64,000 bases of DNA, taken from NCBI GenBank assembly GCA_030141605.1, contig JAQGDQ010000290.1, positions 62,001 to 126,000 of the forward strand. Reading direction: 5' to 3'. The stretch is from Tubiluchus corallicola (lineage: Eukaryota; Animalia; Priapulida). The notes beneath the pieces were generated by a model. That model saw nothing but the letters and a program-made list of their open reading frames with translations, was not told the DNA's origin and did no database searches. Numbering within the stretch: the stretch's first letter is position 1; each line of letters opens with the position of its first letter. A program made the translations under genes and the position numbers. This document shows positions 12,704-25,812 of this stretch, in pieces.

Positions 12704-14094
12704 GACCGCCAGAACTTGAAAAAATAGCTAAACGTACTTTGTAAGTAATTCCCATTATGTTAGAAATTGAAAGTTAGATTAATATCTCAGAAAACCAAAG
12801 GTTGTGCGATTCTGTGATCAGGTAGCGGTCGACTCTGAAAAACTGTTTTACTGCATTGTCCCCTTTATGATGATATTCGCACTTTCATATTCCAGAAAAC
12901 TGTTCACACGTCATTCTTGTTAGGAACAGTGGGAGCTGTCGTATGTGAAGTAAAACCGGCTAAGTTTAGTTGAATTCATCCACCTTTACTTTTGTCGTGT
13001 ATTGTAAACTTTTGCTTAATCACGTATCTTGAAACAGACTTGTCAAGCACCTTATCCTCGAATGTTTTAAATAAGAAAAATCCTGGCTAAATTTCACGGC
13101 GAACTTAGCCACCTTGGTAAGTAGTTTTCGAAGCAATCAGTTCCGGGCTTCACAAATGCATTAGGGTGGTTTTAAAACCTTAGTTTAATGACTATAAATG
13201 CAATGAATGATACAAAAACTGGGGTAGCGGAAAATTATAAAATTTGCAGTCCATTCATTATTCTTTTCAAGAATTTATCACAGGTGGATCACATTACTAT
13301 ATAAAATAAAGTAGTTGTATTAACTTTATATCATTGAAAAAGTGGTTATACATTTTAGTTTAATATTTTAAGCGGATAGTAAACATTAATAAAACTACTG
13401 TTAGTTTTGAAAAGTTTGTAACCATAGTCGAGAGAAAGCTGTATTTTTCTATACTATTCTCTAAGTGTTTATCTGGCATAAGCTGTTTAGTAAATTCGCG
13501 CAAGCTGGTGTTTTTAACACAACGTTTGATTGAATGCTGCATTCTTAATGTTCCTTATTGCGCTTTGCTAGCGCGGAAATGAGCTAATTACGGGTAGGTT
13601 TCTATTATAGGTGTCAAATTTGCAAAAGTTATGTATCATAAAAATCACAATCTTCTAATCCTGACTCTCATTTGAGTTAATAGAGACTAGTGACAGTTTT
13701 TACAAATCACAGAAAAAAATCGTTATGTCATAACTTTTTAACAAGAACGAAAGCTTGAAAAAAATTATGAATGCCAGTGCACGATTTCTGTAGAAAGTAG
13801 TTAAAAATTTGCTCCACGATTCTTTTTTGCGTAAAATCTCTCTGTACCAAAAATGCACGAGTCGAAGGGCGGATCAAATCGCGTATATCGCTTTTTCGTT
13901 TATCCGCAACGTCAAATCCTCAACCTTAAATCCGCTACCTCAAAATCCGCCTCTGTACAAATCCGCATCCGCAAAACTCGGATTTACGAAAAATTTGAAA
14001 TTGGCGTTCCGCGAGCTGCAGATCACCGCATATCATCATGGCCTATCAACGGTTTTTTCTCACGGTTTTATCGTCGCAACCTAGCGACATCGAC

Positions 14095-14690
14095 AACATC
14101 ACATAAAGTTTCTCAGCTAAACTATGACCTTTCCTCTAAAGGCTGTAAAGATAATAACGGTCATCCAGTGTTGCCGAATTGTAACTGTGGATTTCGATTT
14201 GAGTCTGTTGAACACTTTTTGTTGCACTGCCCATTGTATCAACAAACTAGGATTGTTATGTTTGATAAACTAAATGAAATACTTCTGCCCGAAAACGTTA
14301 ATATAGCTGTCTTAGGAAATAATGATCTGTTGAAGTTGTTATTATTCGGTAAAGATGAATTCAACTATGTTGCTAACTGTAAAATATTCCAATGTATACA
14401 TGACTTTATATTACGTACTAAACGCTTCCAGTAGTTTCTATCTGATATGAAATGCATCATTCTTAAATAATCGTGCATTAATATTTACTAACCGTCATTT
14501 TTTACTAATGTCTAATGTATCACTGTAATAAAACTTTAGTATACTAAAGTATACTAAAAACTAAGTATAGTCTATTCTTACTGTAAATGTTTTTGTAAAT
14601 AGTGTATAAAATCTGTTGTGGTGAGGATCTTAAATCATGTTGTACAAACTGCCTGATCCAATCCTAAATAACTTATGTTTAAACTAACAT
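14095..14690 (+). mobile_element. LINE 3' fragment (CR1-group-like) with C-terminal zinc knuckle
   Basis: CNCGFRFESVEHFLLHCPLY...LLFG...FILRTKRFQ* followed by an AT-rich 3' UTR. Confidence 0.75.
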
Positions 14691-15143
14691 CACATAGTTA
14701 CTAGTGTTTCATATATCTCCCCCCCCCCCCCCCCGTATTTCTCTAAGATTGCTCCCAACGTTGTACAACATGGATTTAAGCAGGTTAGCTAAAGTCGCAG
14801 CACATGTACTTATGAGAAGCCATTTGTAATTAGGAGAAGGTAATTATTATTCATTACCTCTTCACAACATTTCACAAGAGAAGCTGAACCTTATCATTTG
14901 TTTTCATTTGCACCACCTCTAGCAGCTCATAAGATTCATAATGAATAGAAAATGGAGAACATATTCGTCCCTCAGGTCTCCAGATATATTTATTAAAGGC
15001 AATGCGTATATTTTTTGCATTATTGTATTTTGTGACATTTATGCTTTTATCAATGTGCATTCACCTTGAGTTTTCCACGAAATAATGTAATCGAAGTGTG
15101 TTAGGTGTATTTTTAAAAACTTCAAAACACCATCTTTTCTTAA

Positions 15144-15753
15144 AGCAAAACCGGACCCAATTTTAAACTGTAGGTCAAAACAATCGACTTTTTAAAAAAT
15201 TGAAAGGAAACATACTATTTTTTTTTCAAAAACGACTTACGTGAAAGAGTTATTGTCACACGAACACAATTTCACGTTCGCGCCACTAGTTCTTCGCTGT
15301 TATGTGCACTTCGCCATTCGCTAGTTAGACGGGTACTAGTGCCTGTATTTCGGAAACGCATCGCAAAAAACAGGTGCTGTATCTCTCAGTTCAGAATTGT
15401 TAGTTTGTGACGAACTGCATACGTTCGACAGCTCATGCGTGAGCACGGCGGTAAATTTGATATTTGAATTTTTATCTTAATTTTGCTTAGTTTTAGTACA
15501 ACACACTGAATAGTAGCACTGTACTTCAATTTTCGTTTTCACAAGCACGTGCAACACGCCCGTGATATTTCTGATGTTGAAAATTATGTTAGTTTGTGAT
15601 ATCATCTATAGTTGGGCTCGACCGCCTTTAATTAAGTTTTTAATCTATAATTTAATTATCAGAAACGCTTTTGCAATGTTAACTGTGTTAAGATATATAC
15701 TTTTTATCGGATTTGAAAATGGGGCAGAATACGAAAAGTCATTCTGTCTTCCT
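15144..15753 (+). mobile_element. Kolobok-like non-autonomous DNA transposon, family A (610 bp)
   Basis: TTAA on both sides (15140-15143, 15754-15757); AG..CT termini with imperfect TIRs; homologs at 46430-47045 (inverted), 29164-29802 and 28527-28850. Confidence 0.8.
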
Positions 15754-15810
15754 TTAATGATGAGGCCCACAATTTTGTAGACAAGTACGCAGCGTATTTC
15801 GTATGGCAGA

Positions 15811-16236
15811 GTTGTTGTTGGCATCCTTCTGTCTCAGAATACAATGGAGTGTGCGCCAAGAGAGTCAGTTATTGATCACATTGATGGAGCTGCAGCGTCG
15901 ACTGTGGCAGAGCAATGCGATCCTTGAACCACTGGAGTGACCTCTCCAGGGCGCACGCCTGGGCAAAGTGTATGGAGATCCTGAGTTGCCCAGACCGCAG
16001 TAACCCCCTCTCTTCCTCCCTGGTGTAGTCCAAAGGAAAGCGGAGCGATACGTTTGACACCAGGTTGGCTGCAGGAGTTGCCGGAGTCAGTGAGCATGCT
16101 GCACTGGTCCGCCTTCGGGTCTCCTCTCATGATTTCGAAGGTTTACTCCTCTACACATGGCCGTTGGATCACTTGACCTCCTCCACCCTCTAGCCGTTGG
16201 CTGCCTTATGCAGCTCCTCCGCCTAGTGCCGAGATA
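15811..16236 (-). mobile_element. 5'-truncated copy of the 5S/RTE SINE
   Basis: Minus strand ends ...AGACAGAAGGATGCC(AAC)3; body homologous to 39124-39525; stops just short of the 5S head. Confidence 0.88.
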
Positions 16237-16689
16237 GTGAAATGACGGCAGGCGTACAACACACCCACAATAATGACGTCATTATCATGCAATATACACA
16301 TTGTTGTAGTTAAAAATTTTTAATGTCAGTCATGCAGATGACATAATGAAGTCTGCGTTGATATTTACTTTTGTAACAACAATGAACACCAATCCAAAAC
16401 TAGTCAGTATGGTTTTAGCGAAATCTTTTAGTATAAATGTAACAACATGGATAAGATGAGCATGAAGTTCGAGGCTGATTTCCAGGATGTGATTAACGTC
16501 AATGTTACCAGAATCTAAAGATTATTATGAGAAAATGCAATGACTTCCGGTTACATTTCGCCCCCCCCCCTCGGATCCACCTGTGAGACAGCATCGCATC
16601 CACCAGACAAGACAAGTGCATCCTGGTACATTCTGACCGTAACATGATGATGTTGCATAGGTACTATGAGTCAAAAGATTAAATGACAA

Positions 16690-17135
16690 TTGAATTAAAA
16701 TTAAAATTAATGAAATTGAAATTAAAAACAATAATAATTGGCATTTGACTAAATCTACAAAAGGCAATACAGAAAACAATATTTGGTTAACATAAGTGGT
16801 TGGTACATGTTCATCGATATAAGTAATCAATACAGAACTATTGATATAAATAGTTCGTATGTGGCTAGATAGTTCGTAATAGTTCATGTTTATGAGAATC
16901 TAAGGTTGTTATGGGACAATGTAATGGCATCCTATTGTACAAGTATGTTATAATTATATGCAACCTTTTTAAATAAATGGAAATGTTAGTCGTTGTTTTT
17001 TTTGCTTCAATGGGTAGGTCATTCCACGTGCTGATTACAGATTTGCGTATAGATTTGTGACCATATTTCTTCTCTCAACGAATTTCTCCGATACTGTTCT
17101 TAATTTTCACATGTTGCTTAAATCATAAATTTTCT
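16690..17135 (-). mobile_element. L2/Crack-like LINE 3' fragment
   Basis: Minus-strand KKYGHKSIRKSVISTWNDLP motif followed by an AT-rich 3' UTR. Confidence 0.55.
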
Positions 17136-17139
17136 ACAA

Positions 17140-18470
17140 TTGGTGTCCTGAAATTGGGTTTGTGTTATTGGTTCTCTGCACTGTTTTTGATGGGCAGTTG
17201 GTGTCCTGAAATTGGGTTTGTGTCATTTGTTCTCTGCACTGTTTTTGATGGGCAAGTGGTGTCCTGAAATTGGGTTTGTGTCATTTTTTCTCTGCACTGT
17301 TTTTGATGGGCAGGTGGTGTCCTGAAATTGGGTTTGTGTCATTTGTTCTTTGCAATGTATTTGATGGGCAGTTGGTGTCCTGAAATTGAGTTTGTGTCAT
17401 TTGTTCTCTGCACTGTATTTGATGGGCAGTTGGTGTCCTGAAATTGGGTTTGTGTCATTTGTTCTCTGCACTGTTTTTGATGGGCAAGTGGTGTCCTGAA
17501 ATTGGGTTTGTGTTATTGGTTCTCTGCACTGTATTTGATGGGCAGTTAGGTGTCCTGAAATTGGGATTGTGTCATTTGTTCTCTGCACTGTTTTTGATGG
17601 TCAGTTGGTGTCCTGAAATTGGGATTGTGTCATTTGTTCTCTGCACTGTTTTTGATGGTCAGTTGGTGTCCTGAAATTGGGATTGTGTCATTTGTTCTCT
17701 GCACTGTTTTTGATGGGCAAGTGGTGTCCTGAAATTGAGTTTGTGTCATTTGTTCTCTGCACTGTTTTTGATGGGCAGTTGGTGTCCTGAAATTGGGATT
17801 GTGTCATTTGTTCTCTGCACTGTTTTTGATGGGCAAGTGGTGTCCTGAAATTGGGTTTGTGTCATTTGTTCTTTGCACTGTTTTTGATGGGCTGTTGGTG
17901 TCCTGAAATTGGGTTTGTGTCATTTTTTCTCTGCACTGTTTTTCATGGGCAGTTGGTGTCCTGAAATTGAGTTTGTGTCATTTGTTTTCTGCACTGTATT
18001 TGATGGGCAGTTGGTGTCCTGAAATTGGGTTTGTGACATTTGTTCTCTGCACTGTTTTTGATGGGCAGTTAGGTGTCCTGAAATTGGGTTTGTGTCAATT
18101 GTTCTTTGCAATGTTTTTGATGGGCAGTTGGTGTCCTAAAATTGGGTTTGTGACATTTGTTCTCTGCACTGTTTTTGATGGGCAGTTAGGTGTCCTGAAA
18201 TTGGGTTTGTGTCAATTGTTCTTTGCAATGTTTTTGATGGGCAGTTGATGTCCTGAAATTGGGTTTGTGTCATTTGTTCTCTGCACTGTTTTTGATGGGC
18301 AGTTGGTGTCCTGAAATTGGGTTTGTGTCATTTGTTCTCTGCATTGTTTTTGATGGGCAGTTGATGTCCTGAAACTGGGTTTCTGTCATTTGTTCTTGCA
18401 CTGTATTTGATGGGCAGTTAACGTCCTGAAATTGGGTTTGTGTCATTTGTTCTTTGCACTGATTTTGAAG
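17140..18470. repeat. Minisatellite, 58-bp unit, ~23 copies
   Basis: Unit TTGGTGTCCTGAAATTGGGTTTGTGTCATTTGTTCTCTGCACTGTTTTTGATGGGCAG. Confidence 0.95.
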
Positions 18471-18486
18471 ATCTGTGTTTTTTCAG

Positions 18487-18743
18487 GACCTTGCAAACGT
18501 TTCTGGGATGACCACAGCGTCTCATCCGATAAACGCTACAGCGTCTCCGCAACTGGTATGAGCGTCGACTACGGAGCGGTGGCGAATCCGCACGCGGCAG
18601 AAACCGGAACGTCCACCAATGGTTTCTCCACAATGGTCACTCGGGTCCAGCAAACTGACCACGGTCAGCCAAAAGAGATGATTCATTTAAACCCGAAAGA
18701 ATGCCAGCAGAAGAAGCCCGCTGTTTCTGTGGAAAGTATATAA
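18487..18743 (+). CDS. Probable terminal coding exon of an unidentified gene ((G)PCKRFWDDHSVSSDKRYS...KKPAVSVESI*)
   Basis: Strong acceptor tgtgttttttcag ending at 18486; non-repetitive, GC-elevated 85-codon open frame ending TAA, then AT-rich UTR-like sequence. Confidence 0.5.
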
Positions 18744-19913
18744 GTTTGTCGAGATTGTGCGAAATTATGAAATGTTGTTTCCCACCATCGGGACCTTCTG
18801 GTGCCCCACCCACACCACATAAGCCTGTATTTAAAATACTAGATTCTCTTATGATCAGTGTCCAGTGTTACATATAATGACATTATTTACTGTTATTTAC
18901 GTCTATCAGTAAACGTTAAACTTTGCTACTTTGAAATTTCAATCTCATCAATAATGATGGGATATTCCAGACTTGTTTTAAAACAAGGTTGTTTGAGCAG
19001 TCACTTCTACCGAGTGGCAAATTACATTTGTTTGATCATCTAGAAATGTGAAGAGATTAAGTAATTAAGAGAAAAAACCAAAATAACTTAATGAGGTAAT
19101 CTCTGGTTTATAATGTTGTATAGTGTATAAGAAGGCAGCAATATTCTTACTGACGATGTGTATTAAATAATGTTGAGGGTCAATTATTAATATATAGAAA
19201 GCTGAAGTGGTTATTAAAACTTAATCCACTTCATGTCATTACTGCTTAGAAGAACTGATATCATTACATTAACGGGGAAAAATTGAAAACGTCCAGCCCG
19301 GGAATTGAACCCTGGACCAAACCGATGCACATCGTTGCACATAACCATAAAATTAAAAGCCTATACAACCCCAGCAAACATGTTATCATGTTAAGAATTT
19401 AATTTGACTTTAAAGGCTGTTTGGTATCCCAAGTTATAATCTATAGCAATCTTAATCAATATTTACAATTCGTTTCTGTATATAAACATAATTAATTGCG
19501 TCAGACGATTTTTTATAATAATCTAATTAGTTGGAATAATGTTTAACTTCTCATGAAATGCAATGATTTGAAATATCAAGCTAATCTTTTTGCAGTACTA
19601 TAAAAAGATGATATCTTGTACAGCGATTTCCGTTTGGTCCAATTTGCGAGTTTTGCTTTGCTGCTTAATTTTTGCATTAATAATAATTGTGATACATTAT
19701 GAACAGGTGTACAATAGACATAATTTATATAATATAATATAGTATAGAAAGCTATTTTAGCAAGTCACAACCGTTCTATGGCATAGTAGAGATCAAAGTG
19801 TATAAGTATAAGTACAGAATGTATATAGGCCATGAATTTTTTTATACTTTCCTGAATTTTGGTGAGGATTCTCCATATAATTAAAAAAACTTTTCTTGCT
19901 ACCTGCGGAACTC

Positions 19914-20282
19914 TTAAGTGGTAGTTTTTGTAGTACCCGGAATGCGTATGCGTTAAGAGGCGCTTATGTAGCTGCCGGAATGCGTATGCACTAAGTGGTG
20001 TTTATGTAGCTTCCGGAATGCGTATGCGTTAAGTGGTGTTTATGTAACATCCGGAATGCGTATGCGTTAAGCGGTGTTTATGTAGCATCCTGAATGCGTA
20101 TGCGGATGTGTTTCCATTGCGGGATAGCTGCGGAATAAAAAAATCAATAATAAATAACTGCAGGAAAAAATAACGCATTACGCAGGTCTGATAAACGGGT
20201 GCATTGAAGACAACGTAAAGCGATTTTATCTCTTCCGCATCCGCATTACGCATACGCATTCCGGTTGCTACTCAAACGCCAT
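19914..20282. mobile_element. MITE-like element whose left TIR is tandemly amplified (38-bp unit x5)
   Basis: CCGGAATGCGTATGC recurs at 19937, 19975, 20013, 20051 and 20089; a single inverted copy CGCATACGCATTCCGGTTGCTACTCAAACGCC lies at ~20249-20280. Confidence 0.7.
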
Positions 20283-20684
20283 TTTAGGCATTTATGCGGT
20301 GCGTAATGCTGCGTACTAGAGAAAACTCCAATAGCAAAAGAAAATTCCTTTTTCAAACTAAATTTTCATGTACGGCTTAAAAGTGATGCATGAACAGAAT
20401 AATAATAATAATGTTGTCTGTATTATTCAGTCAATTTGTATTTTAAGCACCAGTATGAGAGGGATTTTAAAGCAAGGAATACTTGTATAAATTAGCATAT
20501 GTAATTTCGCTCAGACATATTTTCGTTTAGAATATAATTGTTCGCTTGGACGTTGTTATATGCACACTATGTAGCTGATATTTGCTATTTTTGTTCATTA
20601 TAACATTATTTTAGCAATTTGTAAACGAAATCAAACATTATGCGCTTCGTTTTTCATGTTTTGAAAGTACAGCAACGTGAAACA

Positions 20685-21180
20685 CAGGATGTGATGCACA
20701 GGAATTGAAGTACAGGAAGTGATGCACATGAAATAAAGTACAGGAAGTGATGCACAGGAAGTGATGCATAGAAAGTGAGGTACAGGAAGTGGTGCACAGG
20801 AAATAAAGTACAGGAAGTGATGCACAGAAAGTGAAGTACAGGAAGTGGTGCACAGGAAATAAAGTACAGGAAGTGATGCACAGAAAGTGATGTACAGAAA
20901 GTGATGCACAGGAAGTGATGAACAGAAAGTGAACTACAGAGGAATTGAAGTACAGGAAGTGATGCACATAAAGTGATGCACAGGAAATGATGCACAGAAA
21001 GTGAAGTACAGGAAGTGATGCACAGGAATTGAAGTACAGGAAGTGATGCACAGGAAATATTGCACAGAAAGTGAAGTACAGGAAGTGATGCACAGGAAAT
21101 AAAGTACAGGAAGTGATGCGCAGAAAGTGATGTACAGGAAGTGATGCACAGGAAGTAAAGCAGAAGAAGTAAAACACAGG
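20685..21180. repeat. Composite short-unit minisatellite (CAGGAAGTGATGCA / AAGTACAGG variants)
   Basis: Directly visible ~14-bp variant units. Confidence 0.9.
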
Positions 21181-22553
21181 GCGCATTTGATCGGGTTTTC
21201 TCAGAGATTTTCTCAGAGTTTTCAACAGCAGGTTTCTCAGAGATTATTATCCCCCCTAGTGCAATTACATGCGCAGATTGGTTTAGTGAAAAGGAAACAT
21301 TTTTATAAGCATTTTTTGTACAAGAGCACTACAGACTTGAAGAAAGAATTCACTAGAGCAACAATATAAATAAAAAGCAGCAAAACAATAATAATGAAAA
21401 ATAGATAAGTTTGATACAATTAACAATACGAATTACAGACATAATTTTAAAATGCCTTTTCGACCACTTATAAATTATAGTTTAAATTCAGAATAGTACA
21501 AATGTCTTGACGTACATCTGCTAATGAATCAATAATATTGCTGTGGGACAACTGAGGCTTATAATACTCTCTATCAAGCACAAATTTTAACTTTTTGGAA
21601 GTTTTGCTGACCAGTTTGTCTAGTACTAACACTAGTAATGACGTGTTATCTGTGACAAAATACGTAGACGCAAAGCATTTGCAATTTTACATATTTAATT
21701 AATAGTTTTTACACAAAAACGCTAAGTTATTACAGTAAAATCTTGTTATCAATAAAATCACCACTATCATTAAATATTGAAGACTGATATTAATATCACC
21801 TAAGACACATTAGTATAAGAAACATTTTCATACCACACGCAACAAAAAGCAAGTTAATGAATTTACATTAAGAAAAAATCAAAAAACAAGTAAAAAACTT
21901 CTAAAAACATTTGTAGAAGATTAGAAGTTTTGTATTTACAGATAAAAGAGAACGTACATTTCATACACCTTTTGTTTTAATATAATAAAAAAAATTTATT
22001 TACAAATACTTTTATCATGTCAGTTACATTAGTAAACATGTGGTTACAATTTTGTCTTACCAACACCGTTATGCAGAACAATGTCAACTGGGGCTAAATT
22101 AACTACAACATTGTAATTTCTTGAGGTAGCCAGTGATACAGTGCTCACTAACTGACCTAGTTTATGACAGTATAAGTGTATTGTAAGCGTAGCACTGACT
22201 TTTTCCAAAATTAATCTAAAGTTTTGCAATCTAATTAGGTATTATAATAATTATAAGCACGGTTTAATCTATTCTGCACCAATAATGCGTCCTGTACTAA
22301 AATTTCTATAATACACTGTTATTTATCTTGCACTTTTCCTCAGAAAAAAGTCGTATTATTACTGAAATAGTAGCAGTAATATTGCAGCAACCAAGACGCT
22401 AATGAATACTTAAATTTCATATTTCGTTATAATGGGTAGCGGATATTTTCGGTTGTGAAGAATGTGGTGACAGAGATGCATCTCGTTTTCTCACTGACGT
22501 CACGAAACTTGTCACCGTTTTCACCGTCATCAATGTATGGCGATCGGCAGCTA

Positions 22554-22586
22554 TCATTTCTTAATCTCGACGTGTGTTGCCTTTTC
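22554..22586 (-). CDS. IF protein, last coding exon (EKATHVEIKK*), end of LTD; no CaaX box
   Basis: Acceptor catgtttttcag; phase 0 matches the preceding exon; E-R/K-A-T-H is the conserved final LTD strand of invertebrate cytoplasmic IFs; minus-strand AATAAA at ~21995-22000. Confidence 0.85.
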   Translation of the reverse strand, partial: EKATHVEIKK

Positions 22587-22658
22587 CTGAAAAACATGTC
22601 ATTATTCTGTATAATATTTTAAAACGAGTTCTTGTGTCCGCTTCTCCATCTGTATGTA

Positions 22659-22860
22659 CAGTAAGTCCTCGCTTAACGACTCCCCGCTTAGCAACATTTC
22701 GTTTTAACGACGGTGAGCATTTGTCACCTTTTCCTCACTTAATGACGCACGGTTCACTTTAACGACATTTTTTTAGTTTGCTCAAAGTTATTTTTTATTT
22801 GATCAACAAATTTTTTACCATATTTCAAGCATTAAAAGTGTACATACTAAGTTATTCTAT
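22659..22860 (+). mobile_element. Tigger/pogo-like (Tc1-mariner) MITE end fragment
   Basis: TA-CAGTAAGTCCTCGCTTAACG terminus with repeated TTAACG subterminal motifs; other end not found. Confidence 0.5.
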
Positions 22861-23584
22861 TCTAAAAATGGGCTAGTAACATAAAACAGTACAATTCTTA
22901 TATGTTCTTGCTTCCTGGCTGACTAATAAATGCTAGCAGTTTGAGCAAGCCTATTCGCGATTTGCTCTCCTCTAATCACCTGAGTGCAAACTTTATGTGA
23001 AAGAATTTTGCCACAACCTGTTTGTATAGCAACCAAACTGGGTGTCTAGATGAAATTACACATACATATATACGCACACATACATAATCTTTATTTAAAG
23101 GAACATTATCTAAGGACATAGAACTTCAATAATGTGGATAGTCAGTCTGTCTATTTGTATGTCCTGCCGTTATTCGCGTGACGTAACGCACAACAAGCTT
23201 TAAAGAGATAGTAGATGGCAAGTAGTCACTGTGTCCGTCGTCAGGTGGCGAAACAGCACCACCTCTAAACTACAAAAAAATCTCAGCATACACAAAGACA
23301 TTTAGACACTAGTATGTATTGTTTATTTTTTATTGTATTACTGGAAGAGTCACACAAAAATGATAAAAAAGCTTTCTTTGTTTATCCCTGGTTCATTGGC
23401 ATTGTTCACATACCCTATAAGAAATATGACGTACGTGAGTTTATACTAACAGCATCTTTCTCCTTCCTCAAGTCAAAGTTCCCTAGCATGCTGACTATGG
23501 CAGTCTTTGCGACTAACAACGTTTTCCCCTTACAAGCACCCCATCGAATCAAAGATATTTTTCCTCCACACGTACCATTAGTGC

Positions 23585-23882
23585 TAACAACATTTTTTCT
23601 TTTTTCACTGATAGCTTATGAAACCAAGTGTATCTGATTATGGGTATCTATTATCAAGAGTATGGATAAGTATCCTACACTGCCGGTTTCACATGGGAGA
23701 TACACTCGTAGTAATAAAGTGCAACAAGAGAGCTTTGTGATATCTACTGAATGAATCTTTAACTAGACTGAAACATTTTTCAAGCATTTTTACTTTTTCA
23801 TGACTATTATCAGCTTATGAAACCGGGAGTATCTGATTATGGGTATCTATTATCAAGAGTATGGATAAGTATCCTACACTGC
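23585..23882. repeat. Local ~200-bp tandem duplication containing a ~130-bp segment also found at 25259-25387 and 26677-26782
   Basis: AGCTTATGAAACC...TATCCTACACTGC occurs twice; GGTTTCACRTGGGWGATACACTCGTA... occurs three times in the same intron. Confidence 0.85.
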
Positions 23883-25429
23883 AACTTACAATGTATTTTT
23901 CGCTATCTCGGGTGTGCTTTCAAAGTAACAGTCATTGAATATCACCCCCCCCCCCCCAAGGCAGCCTCTTTAATAACGGTATCCTTTTCTGCACTTTCTA
24001 CGGTAACATTTAGCAACTTTCCTTATTATTAAACTCTTTCTTTCCCCATAGGTACTTTTTATGTGAATAAAAACACCACGTTTTACGCCTCTTTATTGCT
24101 GTATACACTCCGCAAAACTATAATATCTACTTCTTTTCACAGACACACGTCAATTTAACGTCTCTTTATTGGTTTGTTTCAAACCGAATTATGACCAATG
24201 AGGTTCACGATTAAACTCTGACTTATTTTACTTGCTTACAAATAAGTTTTTGCAGGTGTGGAAAATCATTATCCAAAAAAATCCTCCGACAAACTGTTAG
24301 AAAACCATTTAGATTCATTTTCGTTAATTAAACAGCGAAGGTTACTCGGCTTTGAAAGCTTTACGATTTAGCTTGTGCAATAAATCAAGTAGCGATGCCA
24401 CTTGCTTAATTTACGCGACATGTGCAGATTGATCCAGTGATTAATTATAAACCAATTTGCTGATAGCATTGGCTTCTCGTACGTGTATAACCACGGCAAA
24501 ACAATAAATTGAATTGAATTGATCAGTTGTCCAGACCAACGCCTCACATGAAGTCACAATGGGTAAGAATTTATATTGTCTTTTTTCGATTTTTTGTGCC
24601 CATGATTTTTGCTCTTTCGAACCAAAAGGCAATCGGTTTCCTGATCACGCCTAGACCTATTCGTGCACCGGCTGATCACAGCTTCAATCGATTTGATTTT
24701 AACATATTTTGGCCTTATCATCTTGATTTTGGGCCTTTTAAACTAAAAAAATAAAGGACTTTAAAATTTTCCCAGACATATTCCTGACCCAAGTTTGTCG
24801 ATTAAATACTTAATCTGTTTGAATTTCATTGTGCATGCTCACGCACGCACGCACGCATGCTAGTAAACGCCTCATCCGCATGGGTAAGTTAGTTATACAT
24901 CTCTGTAATGTGGGACAAAATATTTTGGTTAGTAGTGAAAAACATTTGCTAGAAAATTCGTTGTATAGACAAGAACACAAAACACGAAACTAAAGTAACA
25001 GGAAAAAGTCACAATTAATTTTGGCTATGTTAGGGTTAAGGTTAGGGTTAATGTTATTTCTTTTTCCTTTGACTTTTTCGGTGATTTTTTATCTGTGACT
25101 TTTTTACTTGGATTCGAAGCATGTTTCTAATGCACAAAAAGTTTCCCATATTTTAAGCTTGTGCCGATCAATAATAATGCGTCTTGGCCAGTTTCACTTT
25201 TGTCGTATTTTAAATACATTCTCGTTGGTTTCGCTCAATGTTCTTGATGGCTGTTAAAGGTTTCACGTGGGTGATACACTCGTAGTAATAAAGTGCAGCA
25301 AGAGAGCTTTGTGATATCTACTGAATGAAACTTTAACTAGACTGAAACATTGAGAAAGCATTTTTACTTTTTCATGACTATTATCAGAAACATCTTTGTG
25401 GTTGGACAATTATTGTATGTTATTCTACT

Positions 25430-25808
25430 TATATATATATATATATATATATATAATAATCTTTATTTGCCATTAAAAACATTGATAATCACTGATAAAA
25501 ACTTTACAGAGATAATCAATCAGTGTTAGTTAATAAAAACTTACACTGCTGAAGGCAAATGCGTCAGTGCAATCTAAACTACTGTGCAGTAATGACGAAT
25601 AAAATCAAACATATTTACAACTATACACAAAAAATATATAAAAAAAAACAAACTATGATTTAATTAATATGGCCGTGGGTATATGAATTCGGAATTAGTG
25701 TGTATGTTGTCGTACTGGTGTGATGGTATTTCATATCTGGTTAATATTAGTGATTTTAATTTTGTTTTAAATGCTGATAGGGACTTGATTTGTTTAACCT
25801 GTAATAGG
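25430..25808 (-). mobile_element. L2/Crack-like LINE 3' end with AATAAA and (AT)n tail, abutting a Kolobok-like insertion
   Basis: Minus-strand KQIKSLSAFKTKLKSLIL, then UTR, AATAAAGATTATT and (AT)n. Confidence 0.6.
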
Positions 25809-25812
25809 TTAA

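Noticed and set aside
12168-12755. Mucin-like or antifreeze-like Thr/Ala ORF, and the other homopolymeric ORFs (30116-32508, 37062-37609, 40431-40946, 44009-44273, 49093-49879, 60444-61242, 62427-62846)
   Set aside because: Open frames arise from microsatellites in several frames at once; no non-repetitive coding context or splice support.
13853-14434. 193-aa ORF as a host gene
   Set aside because: Chimeric read-through from AAATCCGC-rich transposon-like repeats into a LINE C-terminal fragment.
212-18470. Regular 37-, 56- and 58-bp arrays as CRISPR arrays
   Set aside because: Units are head-to-tail with no unique spacers, there are no cas genes, and the context is eukaryotic.
19290-19345. 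tRNA gene (also 41410-41440)
   Set aside because: Only a B-box/T-arm remnant is visible with no full cloverleaf; probably tRNA-SINE debris.
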